Below are positions 40,191 to 49,854 of a stretch of 64,000 nucleotides of DNA, piece by piece. Source of the stretch: Leptospiraceae bacterium (GTDB lineage: Bacteria > Spirochaetota > Leptospiria > Leptospirales > Leptonemataceae); NCBI GenBank assembly GCA_040217195.1, contig JAVJNR010000008.1, positions 224,001 through 288,000 on the forward strand. Reading direction: 5' to 3'. Made by a program: the position numbers and the translations under genes. Position 1 is the first letter of the stretch. Every line of letters starts with the position of its first letter. The notes under the pieces were generated by a model. That model saw only the letters and a list, made by a program, of their open reading frames with translations. It did no database searches and had not been told where the DNA came from.

Positions 40191-43016
40191 ATGTTCGGTA
40201 AGATTGTAAAACTTGTGGTTGGAACCAAGCATGAGCGCGATATCAAGCGCATGCTTCCTGTAGTGGAGCAGATAAATGCTCTGGAACCGGAAATGCAGAA
40301 ACTAGAGCTTTCTGACTTCCCCCGTAAAAGCGAAGAATTCAAGAAACGAGTAAAGGAGGGGGAATCTCTGGACGATTTGCTGCCGGAAGCATTCGCCCTG
40401 GTAAGAGAGGCCGCCTGGCGAAGCCTTGGTCTCCGGCACTTTGACGTTCAGCTTATGGGTGGCATGGTTCTGCATGGTGGCAGAATTGCAGAAATGAAAA
40501 CCGGTGAGGGTAAGACCCTTACATCGACTCTGACGGTTTATCTAAATGCTCTGTCTGGAAACGGTGTCCATGTAGTAACAGTAAATGATTACCTGGCCCG
40601 CCGGGATGCAGCCTGGATGAAGCCTGTATTTGATCTACTGGGCGTATCTGTGGGAGTCATTCAACATGAAATGAATCCGGATCAGCGTAAGGCTGCCTAC
40701 AGCTCGGATATAACCTACGGTACGAATAACGAATTTGGCTTTGATTTTCTACGCGATAACATGGTCTCGGAACTGGAGTTTCGGGTACAGCGGGGCTTCA
40801 ACTATGCCATTGTGGATGAGGTGGACTCCATCCTCATCGATGAAGCTCGAACCCCTCTCATTATTTCTGGTCCGGCCGATGAGAATACGGATAAATACAA
40901 CCGTCTGGACAAAGCCATTCGGCAGTTGCTTCGAGAGGAAGAGAAAGCCCCGGCGCCCGAGCCAAAGGAAGTGGAACCTGGAAAAGAAGAGCCTCATGTA
41001 ATCTTTGGCTGGTTCTTCGATATCGATGAAAAGTCCAGAAATGTACTGCTCACGGAAGATGGCGTTAAACGGGTTGAAGAACTACTGGGGGTGGAAAACC
41101 TCTATGCTCCGGAGAACGTGGAGCTTGTAGCTCATACAAGCCAGGCTTTAAAAGCTCATTTAATATTCAAAGATGAAGTGGACTATGTAGTTAGAGATGG
41201 AGAAGTCATAATCGTCGATGAGCATACCGGTCGGATGATGGAAGGCCGGCGTTATTCCGATGGGCTTCACCAGGCGATCGAAGCGAAGGAAGGAGTAACT
41301 ATCAAGCAGGAAACTCAAACCCTTGCATCGGTCACATTCCAGAATTTCTTCAGGCTCTACAAAAAGCTGTCCGGGATGACCGGTACAGCGGATACAGAAG
41401 CGGAGGAGTTTCGCAAGATTTACGGCCTGGAAGTTGTGGTGGTGCCTACCAATGAGCCGGTTCGCAGGGCGGATTTCCCTGACCGAGTCTATCGAACAGA
41501 GCAAGAGAAGTTTGAAGCGATTGCCAAAGACATAGAGTTATGCATTGAGAACAAGCAGCCGGTGCTTGTGGGAACAGTATCAATTGAGAAGTCGGAACTT
41601 CTGGCCGGTCTGCTGAGAAAGTATAATATCCCGCATAATGTTCTAAATGCAAAACAACATCAGCGTGAAGCTGAGATTGTTGAGAATGCAGGTAAACCGG
41701 GCGCCGTAACCGTGGCCACGAACATGGCCGGACGCGGAACCGACATCGTTCTGGGTGGTGCACCACTATATCTCAGAGATCTGGATAACATGGAGGAAAC
41801 AGAGCCGGCCGTTGAAAAATTCAAAGAAGCCCTCCTAAAAAAGCAGTTCGATCGAGCCAAAGAAGAAGCTGCCCGGATCTCCGGTAGTGCCGCAAGCAAG
41901 CAGGCCCGAGAGGTCCTGGATCGAGCGAATATCTGGCTGGGCTTTCATAATCAGGTCAAAGATGCAGGCGGACTGCATATCATAGGCACAGAGCGCCACG
42001 AATCCCGCCGAATCGATAATCAGCTTCGCGGACGATCTGGACGTCAGGGGGACCCCGGGTCCAGCCGTTTCTATCTTAGCCTGGAAGACAACCTGATGAG
42101 GTTGTTCGGAGGCCCTCGAATCATGGGCTTGATGGAACGTCTGGGAATGACGGATGGTCAGGAACTGGAAGCCGGTATGGTGGACCGGGCCATTGCTCGA
42201 GCTCAGAAGCGAGTGGAAAGCCATAACTTTGATATTAGAAAGCATCTTCTGGAATACGATGATGTGATGAACCGCCAAAGAGAAATCATCTATGGAGAGC
42301 GGGACAAAGTTCTGGAGCAGGATAGCATTCGGGACACTGTTCTGGAATGGACCGAGGAAGTTCTGGAGCAAAAAATCCTGGAACACTGCGATACAAACGA
42401 TCCCACCCGTTGGGACCTGGCCAGCCTGGAAGAATGGTTGCTCAATGGCCTGGGTCTTAAAATGGAACTCGGATCCGATGACTTTAAGACAAGTAAAGAT
42501 CCCCAGGCAGCTATATTCGAGCAAATCAACGAAGAAGCACAGAAATTCTATGCGGAGCGCGTAGAGTCTGTGGGCGAAGAGAACTTCAGATACATAGAAA
42601 AACGAATCGCAATCGATATTCTGGATGCACGGTGGAAAGAGCATTTGTATCAAATGGACCATCTGCGTGAAGGTATCTGGGCTTCGTCCTACTCAGAGAA
42701 GAATCCTCTGGTGGAATACAAGCTACAGGGATTTCGTATATTTGATGCCGTCATGGATACGGTAAAGGCCCAGATTGTAGAATTTCTGTTCCGGGTTCAA
42801 ATTGAAGGTCCGGTGGAGCAGAATCAATCCCGTAGAAGAAACCTGGGTACGGCCCGTCACGATACAATGGAGAGTTTTGAAGCTCCGGCCCGCGGACAGG
42901 CGCCCGGACAAATCGCAGGCGCTGATAACGGTCAGAGGAGCGGCCCTGCACCGGCTGTAGTATCCGGAGGAGGAGCCTCCAAACGCAAAGGATCACGGAG
43001 AAGGAAGCGTAAATAG
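40191..43016 (+). CDS. secA: preprotein translocase subunit SecA
   Basis: [41 protein letters not shown] and [16 protein letters not shown] at 40191 follows a GAGG RBS. Confidence 0.98.
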   Translation: MFGKIVKLVVGTKHERDIKRMLPVVEQINALEPEMQKLELSDFPRKSEEFKKRVKEGESLDDLLPEAFALVREAAWRSLGLRHFDVQLMGGMVLHGGRIAEMKTGEGKTLTSTLTVYLNALSGNGVHVVTVNDYLARRDAAWMKPVFDLLGVSVGVIQHEMNPDQRKAAYSSDITYGTNNEFGFDFLRDNMVSELEFRVQRGFNYAIVDEVDSILIDEARTPLIISGPADENTDKYNRLDKAIRQLLREEEKAPAPEPKEVEPGKEEPHVIFGWFFDIDEKSRNVLLTEDGVKRVEELLGVENLYAPENVELVAHTSQALKAHLIFKDEVDYVVRDGEVIIVDEHTGRMMEGRRYSDGLHQAIEAKEGVTIKQETQTLASVTFQNFFRLYKKLSGMTGTADTEAEEFRKIYGLEVVVVPTNEPVRRADFPDRVYRTEQEKFEAIAKDIELCIENKQPVLVGTVSIEKSELLAGLLRKYNIPHNVLNAKQHQREAEIVENAGKPGAVTVATNMAGRGTDIVLGGAPLYLRDLDNMEETEPAVEKFKEALLKKQFDRAKEEAARISGSAASKQAREVLDRANIWLGFHNQVKDAGGLHIIGTERHESRRIDNQLRGRSGRQGDPGSSRFYLSLEDNLMRLFGGPRIMGLMERLGMTDGQELEAGMVDRAIARAQKRVESHNFDIRKHLLEYDDVMNRQREIIYGERDKVLEQDSIRDTVLEWTEEVLEQKILEHCDTNDPTRWDLASLEEWLLNGLGLKMELGSDDFKTSKDPQAAIFEQINEEAQKFYAERVESVGEENFRYIEKRIAIDILDARWKEHLYQMDHLREGIWASSYSEKNPLVEYKLQGFRIFDAVMDTVKAQIVEFLFRVQIEGPVEQNQSRRRNLGTARHDTMESFEAPARGQAPGQIAGADNGQRSGPAPAVVSGGGASKRKGSRRRKRK

Positions 43017-44395
43017 TGAAGCTGTACGGACAGAAACCGGATCTCTCATCGTCCATCTTGAATCCTCTGGTAGTGGATTGGCTAATGGCCATGTATCCAC
43101 CGGCCCAGAAGATGGACCTGAGTGCCAGTCCGTCCCCTTACTTTCCCGGAATTGATTTAATCAGTGGAATGGATGAGGAGCATTCGGTGGGTGGCCTCAA
43201 GCCTTATGAGCTGTATACCGGAACCATTCGCATGGGCTATGGACATCATCGCATGGCTTTTTCCGTATATAGCCAGTCTGTTGAAAGAGGTATTTCCACA
43301 GCGCTCCACGATCCCCTGGTTCTAGAATGCAATGAATCTACATGTATCGAAAGACTGGATTCACTCTACAGTCAATTCTCAAGACTGGCCACAGACATAG
43401 GCGGTCCTGTGGAGTGGATGTGGGGAAAAGCGATGACCGGCGGCGGAATTGGAGCTCTTCATTTTTCCATGCTGCTGGCGGCGCGATTGATTTCTCTCTT
43501 TTCTGGAATGGATCGTCAAACTCCTATCATAACTACATATCCATTAAATGCACATATTGCCGCCACTCTTGGATTTGAGCGAATCATACATCTTGTGAAC
43601 GATACTCTACCGCAATACTTTCTATTGTGTCCCGGTGCACTGAATCTAGTGCAAACACGCCATATGCGAGATGCCTATCTGGAGATGGGAGTTGAAGAAT
43701 CGGAAGTGGACTTTGCAGGACACTGGGTTTCTGAACCAGTACTTTCCACTCTTGAAAATGCTACCTCCGATCGATTGCGTCGATTGCAGAGTCAGGAAAG
43801 GCTGAGATTGCTTATCCCCGTGGGCGGAGCAGGTGCTCAAAAGAAATTTCTGCGAAATTGGATCCAGGGGATTTTCGACCAGGAAGAGCTACGCAACAGC
43901 TATGTGCCAATCATTAACTGCGGAGATCATCAGGAATTCAAAGACACTGTGCTTTCTATCCTGAACAAGAAAGAGATTCGCTACAAGGTCTGTAATACCC
44001 TTGCAGAAGTACAGAACCTTCCAGCTATCCTGGAAGATTTTGATGCGGTGGTGTTTCATTTTGAGAGCCGCTACGAAGCAGTATATGCCACAGACTATGC
44101 AATTGTTTACTCGGATATCCTGGCCACCAAGCCTTCGGAGCTGGCTTTCTATCCCATACCCAGACTCTTCCTTCGTCGAGTGGGAGATCATGAAGGATTT
44201 TCAGCTGATTATGGTTACAAGCTCGGTGAATCTACACCTGAAAGAAGGTCCGAAAAAGAAGCACTTCAGGATTTGCTGGACTGGAAAAAGGATCCAGGGC
44301 CTCTGAAGGCCATGAATGAAACCATCGCATCCAATCATGAACTGAAACTTTACAATGGTAGCACCCTGGCAATTGAGCGAGCCCTGGAAGAATAG
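43016..44395 (+). CDS. uncharacterised protein, probable GT-B glycosyltransferase-like fold
   Basis: MGYGHHRMA near the N-terminus, VGGAGAQ and SDILATKPSELAF resemble GT28/MGDG-synthase motifs; start overlaps the secA stop. Confidence 0.55.
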   Translation: MKLYGQKPDLSSSILNPLVVDWLMAMYPPAQKMDLSASPSPYFPGIDLISGMDEEHSVGGLKPYELYTGTIRMGYGHHRMAFSVYSQSVERGISTALHDPLVLECNESTCIERLDSLYSQFSRLATDIGGPVEWMWGKAMTGGGIGALHFSMLLAARLISLFSGMDRQTPIITTYPLNAHIAATLGFERIIHLVNDTLPQYFLLCPGALNLVQTRHMRDAYLEMGVEESEVDFAGHWVSEPVLSTLENATSDRLRRLQSQERLRLLIPVGGAGAQKKFLRNWIQGIFDQEELRNSYVPIINCGDHQEFKDTVLSILNKKEIRYKVCNTLAEVQNLPAILEDFDAVVFHFESRYEAVYATDYAIVYSDILATKPSELAFYPIPRLFLRRVGDHEGFSADYGYKLGESTPERRSEKEALQDLLDWKKDPGPLKAMNETIASNHELKLYNGSTLAIERALEE

Positions 44396-44617
44396 CTCTG
44401 GATTGGCTTCCGGTCTACCATTTACTGCTCATAGCTTTCCGCCACGGGACCCGATGACTTATTTGCCCCAATCGGTGAGGAGGGAGGCTGCCAGATCCAT
44501 TGGATTCTTTTAGAAGCAGCAGTATGAGCCCTGAGCTAACTTAGGAAAAAACCAGTCTCGGCCCGGACTCCGGAGCCCGTTAGGCCAGCCGATTTAGCAT
44601 TCCTTATCCCGACTATC

Positions 44618-45214
44618 TCAATTCAATGATGGATCTTGATTGGAGTCTGCAAAGATTCTATATATTCCGCCTTTCGCCCGGAGTGCATCGCGCCAGCCCT
44701 GTTCCGGATTGGGATGAAAAACGATACCAGGCCTGCCTTTCAATGTTACCCAGGTGCCAGACCGCATTTCCTCTTCCAGTTGTCCGGGAGCCCATCCAGA
44801 GTAGCCCAGAAAGGTATGGATGGTTGGTCTATCCTCCGGAGGTATGGATTCCCATATTTCAGGTTCAAAGAACTTCTGAAGCTGCCGGAATCCAGGTTCA
44901 AAGAATACGCCAGGAACAATCTCCATAGCAGTGGGGGAAGGTCCGTCCGGCAGGCTGGAATGTAGTGCGGAAACCATCTCCTGTTGTACCGGTCCACCAA
45001 CGTACACCGGCCTTTGACTCCCCAGATCGTTTGCCAGCTCGGGAATGATATCGGCCACAGTCAGCTCGGATTGTCGGTTCACTACAAGTCCAAAAGCACC
45101 TTCATCGTTGTGCTCTACCATGAAAACTACGGTCTGTCTGAAATTCGGATCCATCATATTGGACTCGGAAATCAAAAAATGACCTTTCATGGACTTTGGT
45201 TGTTCGTTCTCCAT
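44618..45214 (-). CDS. yqgE: YqgE/AlgH family protein
   Basis: DPNFRQTVVFMVEH..EGAFGLVVNR, YVGGPV and LGYSGWAPGQLEEEM..G.W; ATG at 45214 (MENEQ) preferred. Confidence 0.92.
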   Translation of the reverse strand: MENEQPKSMKGHFLISESNMMDPNFRQTVVFMVEHNDEGAFGLVVNRQSELTVADIIPELANDLGSQRPVYVGGPVQQEMVSALHSSLPDGPSPTAMEIVPGVFFEPGFRQLQKFFEPEIWESIPPEDRPTIHTFLGYSGWAPGQLEEEMRSGTWVTLKGRPGIVFHPNPEQGWRDALRAKGGIYRIFADSNQDPSLN

Positions 45215-45322
45215 TGATCCTTCCCGGGCTCCAATCTGGCTCTTTCCATTGCTGCAATGCACACCGATACAATAACTCTGATCAGCAATAGTCTGTTGTC
45301 TTCATACAGCTTTTCTATGTAA

Positions 45323-46897
45323 TCAAACTGCAGAACGAATGGGGGATTCGAATAATTCCACATCCGGTTTTTCCCGCTTAAAGCTCTGCATTCTGAATTC
45401 ACTTTTGAACAGTACTACAGGATTGCTTTTTTCATCGTACACTACAAGATCGTATCCACTGAACTTATTCTTATCCTCTGGCTTGATCCATCTGGAGCAT
45501 TCATATCCAACGTTTTCCAGGCGGCAGGCCACGCCATATTCATCCTGCATTCTGTGGCGAATCACCTCAAACTGTAGCTGACCGACGGCCCCTATTATGG
45601 CACTACCATCGCCTGTGGTAAAGACCTGGACCACTCCTTCTTCCGGAAGTTCCTGCAGTCCTTTGCGAAATTGCTTTAGTTTGGACGTATCCTCGGGGAC
45701 CAGTCTAGCGAATAACTCGGGAGCAAACCTGGGCAATGGATGAAAGTTGGGTTCTTCACCTGAATAGAGTACATCGCCCAGTTTATATAGCCCGGGGTTG
45801 ATCAGTCCGATGATATCTCCTGGATAGGCATGATCAATGGTAGAGCGTTCCTGGCCGAAGAATGCCACCGGACTGGAAAGTCTTGCTGTTTTTTTCTGAC
45901 CTGAGATATTGACGGTCATACCTCTCTCAAAAGTTCCGGAAGTGATGCGAACGAATGCCACACGATCCCGGTGAGCCCGATTCATATTTGCCTGAAGTTT
46001 AAAAACGAAAGCAGAGAAATTGGGATCATTCGGTTTCAGTACATCTCCGCCTTCCAGTGGTACGTCCGCTGGACGGGGTGCAATCTCCAGGAAGCGTTGA
46101 AGAAATAATTCCACTCCAAAGTTATTCAAAGCGGATCCAAAAAATACCGGGGTCATGTTACCTTTGAGAAACTCGGATTCATCGAACTGCGGTAATGCTC
46201 CGGAGGAGAGCTCCACACCTTCTCGAAAGGTATTGTATAGCTCATCGTCCATCATTGCTTTCAGTTCCGGGTCATCCAGGCCTCCCGTGGCTGTGGGAGC
46301 TGGATAGGCACCGCCGGTGGTTTTTTCGTATCGGAATACCTGTTTGGAGCGTAAATCATAAACTCCTTTGAAGTCCGGTCCGGAGCCGATGGGCCAGAAC
46401 AGAGGCACAGCGGTAATACCCAGCACTTTCTCCACCTCATCCAGTAAGGAGAATGGATCCCGGGCAAAGTGATCCATCTTGTTGATAAAGGTAACTATAG
46501 GAATGTTGCGCTGACGGCAAACATGAAATAATTTGATGGTCTGAGGCTCCACGCCCCGGGCTCCGTCTAGAAGCATAATGGCACTATCCACGGCCATCAA
46601 GGTGCGGTAGGTGTCTTCCGAGAAATCTTCATGGCCCGGTGTATCCAGAAGGTTGAGGATGTGATCCTCGTATAGAAATTGAAGGGCCGCTGTAGAAACC
46701 GAGATACCCCGTTCCTGCTCCATAGTCATCCAATCAGACTTGGTTTTTTTACGGTCCTTCTTGGCGCGAACATGGCCTGCCAGCTGGATTGCACCACCGT
46801 ACAGAAGTAATTTTTCTGTCAGAGTTGTCTTACCAGCATCCGGATGAGCGATAATTGCGAAGGCCCGTCTTCTCTCTATTTCCTTTTGAAGATCCAC
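45323..46897 (-). CDS. prfC: peptide chain release factor 3
   Basis: RRAFAIIAHPDAGKTTLTEKLLL, DTPGHEDFSEDTYR and GAVGQLQFEV. Confidence 0.98.
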   Translation of the reverse strand: MDLQKEIERRRAFAIIAHPDAGKTTLTEKLLLYGGAIQLAGHVRAKKDRKKTKSDWMTMEQERGISVSTAALQFLYEDHILNLLDTPGHEDFSEDTYRTLMAVDSAIMLLDGARGVEPQTIKLFHVCRQRNIPIVTFINKMDHFARDPFSLLDEVEKVLGITAVPLFWPIGSGPDFKGVYDLRSKQVFRYEKTTGGAYPAPTATGGLDDPELKAMMDDELYNTFREGVELSSGALPQFDESEFLKGNMTPVFFGSALNNFGVELFLQRFLEIAPRPADVPLEGGDVLKPNDPNFSAFVFKLQANMNRAHRDRVAFVRITSGTFERGMTVNISGQKKTARLSSPVAFFGQERSTIDHAYPGDIIGLINPGLYKLGDVLYSGEEPNFHPLPRFAPELFARLVPEDTSKLKQFRKGLQELPEEGVVQVFTTGDGSAIIGAVGQLQFEVIRHRMQDEYGVACRLENVGYECSRWIKPEDKNKFSGYDLVVYDEKSNPVVLFKSEFRMQSFKREKPDVELFESPIRSAV

Positions 46898-46922
46898 CGG
46901 GTCAGGTTTCCCGGCTCACAGT

Positions 46923-47672
46923 ATGAATCAAATGAATTCCGGGGCGAATCCCCTGGACGAATCCCGAAAACATCCGATATTGACTATTATGAAGGAATGG
47001 CGGCCGGATCGGCAATTCAAGAAGGCAGACTTCCCTTTGAAGAGGGATGCAGAAGATGAAAAGAACCTAAAGAAGGACCCAAAAAATAGAACCAACAGTA
47101 ACCAGACCGGAACTGCAAAACAGAATCCATCTATACCCGGTGAGGCAAAACAGTCTCCGGACCGAAAAAGCACTTCATCGGCCAGCAATGCTTCTGGAAG
47201 TCTAAAAGGATGGGCCGTACCAAAGCTGGGTGGGGGGCATGTAATCGCCGGAGGGCAGGGCCCCCAGAATGCCTCCAGGACCGGGACCGACAAGGAATCC
47301 GAAACATCCGCGAATCCTGGCTCAGCCCCTCCAGCGACGGGAAGCACTTCCGGCACCGAGAAGGATATGACCAGAGTTTATCTTTCGCAATTGATAATAC
47401 AGGATCCCCGGGGCGCTTCTGATATATTGCGAAGCTGGTACTGGGAAAAGCCAGGTCGGGAGAGTCCGGTTCAATACATTCCACCCAGGAATCGAATTCA
47501 TTTAATCTTACGTTCCCTTTCCCGGGAGTCCTTACTGGCTCTCTATGAATTGATGACTCCTGTAGAGCGCAGACAGATGGAAGAGATTCGCAAAGAGCCC
47601 ATGCATGTAAATGAGCGAGAGATACTGAAGTTACGGCAATATTTTATGGCCAGGCTCACAGGTCAGATTTAG
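46923..47672 (+). CDS. hypothetical protein: disordered N-terminus + FliF C-terminal-like motif + FliG N-domain-like region
   Basis: QLIIQDPRGASDILRSW followed by RIHLILRSLSRESLLALYELMTPVERRQM...VNEREILKLRQYF. Confidence 0.6.
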   Translation: MNQMNSGANPLDESRKHPILTIMKEWRPDRQFKKADFPLKRDAEDEKNLKKDPKNRTNSNQTGTAKQNPSIPGEAKQSPDRKSTSSASNASGSLKGWAVPKLGGGHVIAGGQGPQNASRTGTDKESETSANPGSAPPATGSTSGTEKDMTRVYLSQLIIQDPRGASDILRSWYWEKPGRESPVQYIPPRNRIHLILRSLSRESLLALYELMTPVERRQMEEIRKEPMHVNEREILKLRQYFMARLTGQI

Positions 47673-47777
47673 TCTGTATGCACCGATTCTAAAACAGTCT
47701 TATTTAATCGGAGCGCCAGCATCGATTTTCGATGGGGGCTGTTAGCCTGGCAGGGAATCACCAGCCCCAGAGGATTT

Positions 47778-48878
47778 CTATTGGGGTTCAAGCTGAACAT
47801 AGAGAGCCTCGCCCAGATCTTTAAGATCCTGGATACGCAGCTCCGATTTATTCTCCAGATTAGACATTACCGGAAGAGTATAGACGCTTTTGAAATCCCG
47901 GTTCATAGCAATACTTTTCTGAATCTGCTCTTGCTTTTCAATCATGCTAATTACAAACTGTTTTAGAAGCTGTTCTTCCGAAGTGGACGCTACCACGGAT
48001 TCAAGATTCGATTTCTGCGTAAGCATGGCATAGGATAGAGCACGATTTAGCAGCAGAGCATCCGGCTGAATATTTTCCTGGGCCATCAATCTGGAAAGCT
48101 CCCTGGACACACTGATGGCATCATCACGCAGTGCAGCCACGGTGTAGATTTCCGTTTCCGGGTCCGAAAGCCAGGATCTTGCCTGCTGTAGCCGACCCAC
48201 CATTCTGAAGAACACTTTATCCAGCAGTAGAAGCATCTCACCAAGAGACAATATTAGATTTTCGCCGCCTACCTTACCCAGGGCCTGTAAGATTCCCCTG
48301 GCTCCGCCGCGAATCATCTTCTGGAACCAGTTCGCATTATCGCCACTGCCAGCGAACCATTGAAGCCATTCCAGAATCTTGCTATCCAGAAATGCAAGCA
48401 GACGTTCCGGACGAATGACAAAATCAACTGCATGAATTCCAGGCGCAGTATCAATTATCAAGTAGTCCGTGTCCGGGTATTGTTCCAGCCACTCGGCCAT
48501 TCGAACGGGCGCCAGAGTCTCTGTGGCTGAGGCTATTTTTTCTGTGACAGTGCGAAACAGAGGATGTGCAAACAATCTTTCCTCATGATCTTCACCCAGA
48601 CCTTCGGCACGAATCCACCGTCTCAGACTGCTGGAGAGCTCCAGCATGCAGCCACGAAGATGACCGCCACTACTGGACTCATGGATGATGCTTCCTTCTT
48701 CCGTAATACCACTTCCGCCGAATGCGGACTGAAGACGCCTGGCCGGGTCAATACTGATCAGCCCCACTTTTAGACCCTGTTCGGACAGATAGGCAGCATA
48801 GGATGCACTGAGCGTGGTCTTTCCCACACCACCGGCCCCCAGAAACACTACCAGCCTTGGCTTTGAGGTCTGCACCAT
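47778..48878 (-). CDS. ArsA/Get3-family ATPase, subunit B-like
   Basis: GAGGVGKTT (signature Lys absent), SIDPARRL switch I and IIDTAP switch II. Confidence 0.88.
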   Translation of the reverse strand: MVQTSKPRLVVFLGAGGVGKTTLSASYAAYLSEQGLKVGLISIDPARRLQSAFGGSGITEEGSIIHESSSGGHLRGCMLELSSSLRRWIRAEGLGEDHEERLFAHPLFRTVTEKIASATETLAPVRMAEWLEQYPDTDYLIIDTAPGIHAVDFVIRPERLLAFLDSKILEWLQWFAGSGDNANWFQKMIRGGARGILQALGKVGGENLILSLGEMLLLLDKVFFRMVGRLQQARSWLSDPETEIYTVAALRDDAISVSRELSRLMAQENIQPDALLLNRALSYAMLTQKSNLESVVASTSEEQLLKQFVISMIEKQEQIQKSIAMNRDFKSVYTLPVMSNLENKSELRIQDLKDLGEALYVQLEPQ

Positions 48879-48879
48879 T

Positions 48880-49854
48880 TTACTTCTTGGCCTCCATCCG
48901 ATTGGTTATAAGCGAGGCGAAGGCAGGAGTATTGGATACCTGACGTATAATCAAGGCCGGTTCCAGGGATGGATTTTCAATCATCAAATCAGGAACAGAC
49001 ACCAGAGGTACCTGGCTTTCCTGTTCCAATCGTCGCTCCATATCAAATCTACGACGCAGATCGGATTGCAAAGCACGAAGCTCCGACTTCAAATCTTCGG
49101 ATTGAACCGCAGGATACAGAAAATCCGGAGAACCTGGCTGAGTCACATCTGCATCCGGCAGACGCGCACTTCGATTTACAATCAATGCCACTGGCATATG
49201 ACCTGGTTCCTTTTCATAACGAGGTAAAGCTTCCAGGGTTTCTTCCACCGGAAGTTCCTCCGGCAAGGACACAGTGACGATGGCAGTTTTCTGTGCATCG
49301 GACAACAGAGCACTAACTCGCCTGGTTTCATCTACCAGGGGACCGGTAATCTCAAAAGCGCTGATGGTCTTGGCAATTCCAAATAGCGCAGAGCCGTGTC
49401 CGGTGGCCGGAGCATCCACAATAATGCGATCAAATTTCAGGTTGGCCTCTTCTTCCGCCAATTCGCAAAGCCAGAACAGTCTACCAACAAAGAATAGCTC
49501 TTCCAGTCCAGGGGCGGACTGCAACAGTTTCTGCACCTGGTTGTTCTGAAGCACCAGGTTATACAGAAGCTTCATATTCAGATGATCCACGAAATATTCC
49601 TTCATGGCTTCCGAGGGATCGAAGTTCATTACGCTAAGGTTTTTCTGGATCTCAACATGTTTATGGCCGCAGGGCTCACGATTCCAGAAAGGGGAAATAA
49701 AGTCCCGAAAGGACCATTGAACAATTAGAGTGTTCTCGCCGGCCTCGGCGAATCCCAGTCCCAGGGCTGATGCAACGGTGGTACGACCCACGCCACCCTT
49801 TCCAGTGATAAAGATAAGTTTCTGTGTGATTGAGTGGGGCTCCTTCAAACTCAA
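48880..49854 (-). CDS. ArsA/Get3-family ATPase, subunit A-like
   Basis: TGKGGVGRTT, APGLEEL, IVDAPATGH and LPEELPVEETLE; switch I degenerate. Confidence 0.88.
   Translation of the reverse strand: MSLKEPHSITQKLIFITGKGGVGRTTVASALGLGFAEAGENTLIVQWSFRDFISPFWNREPCGHKHVEIQKNLSVMNFDPSEAMKEYFVDHLNMKLLYNLVLQNNQVQKLLQSAPGLEELFFVGRLFWLCELAEEEANLKFDRIIVDAPATGHGSALFGIAKTISAFEITGPLVDETRRVSALLSDAQKTAIVTVSLPEELPVEETLEALPRYEKEPGHMPVALIVNRSARLPDADVTQPGSPDFLYPAVQSEDLKSELRALQSDLRRRFDMERRLEQESQVPLVSVPDLMIENPSLEPALIIRQVSNTPAFASLITNRMEAKK

Noticed and set aside
41835..42662. 275-aa minus-strand ORF
   Set aside because: Antisense shadow of secA
44396..44617. Intergenic region with short inverted repeats and a GAAGCAGC word, considered as SRP or 6S RNA
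   Set aside because: The SRP domain IV spacing (CAGG...GGAA...AGCAG) is not met and no long continuous stem is visible; an Infernal/Rfam search would be needed
47735..47768. GGGGCTG...CAGCCCC inverted repeat between convergent genes
   Set aside because: The 20-nt loop and absence of a U-tract are too weak for a terminator call
47778..49854. Arsenic resistance operon interpretation
   Set aside because: No arsB/acr3/arsC/arsR nearby, and the motifs fit the Get3-like heterodimer type
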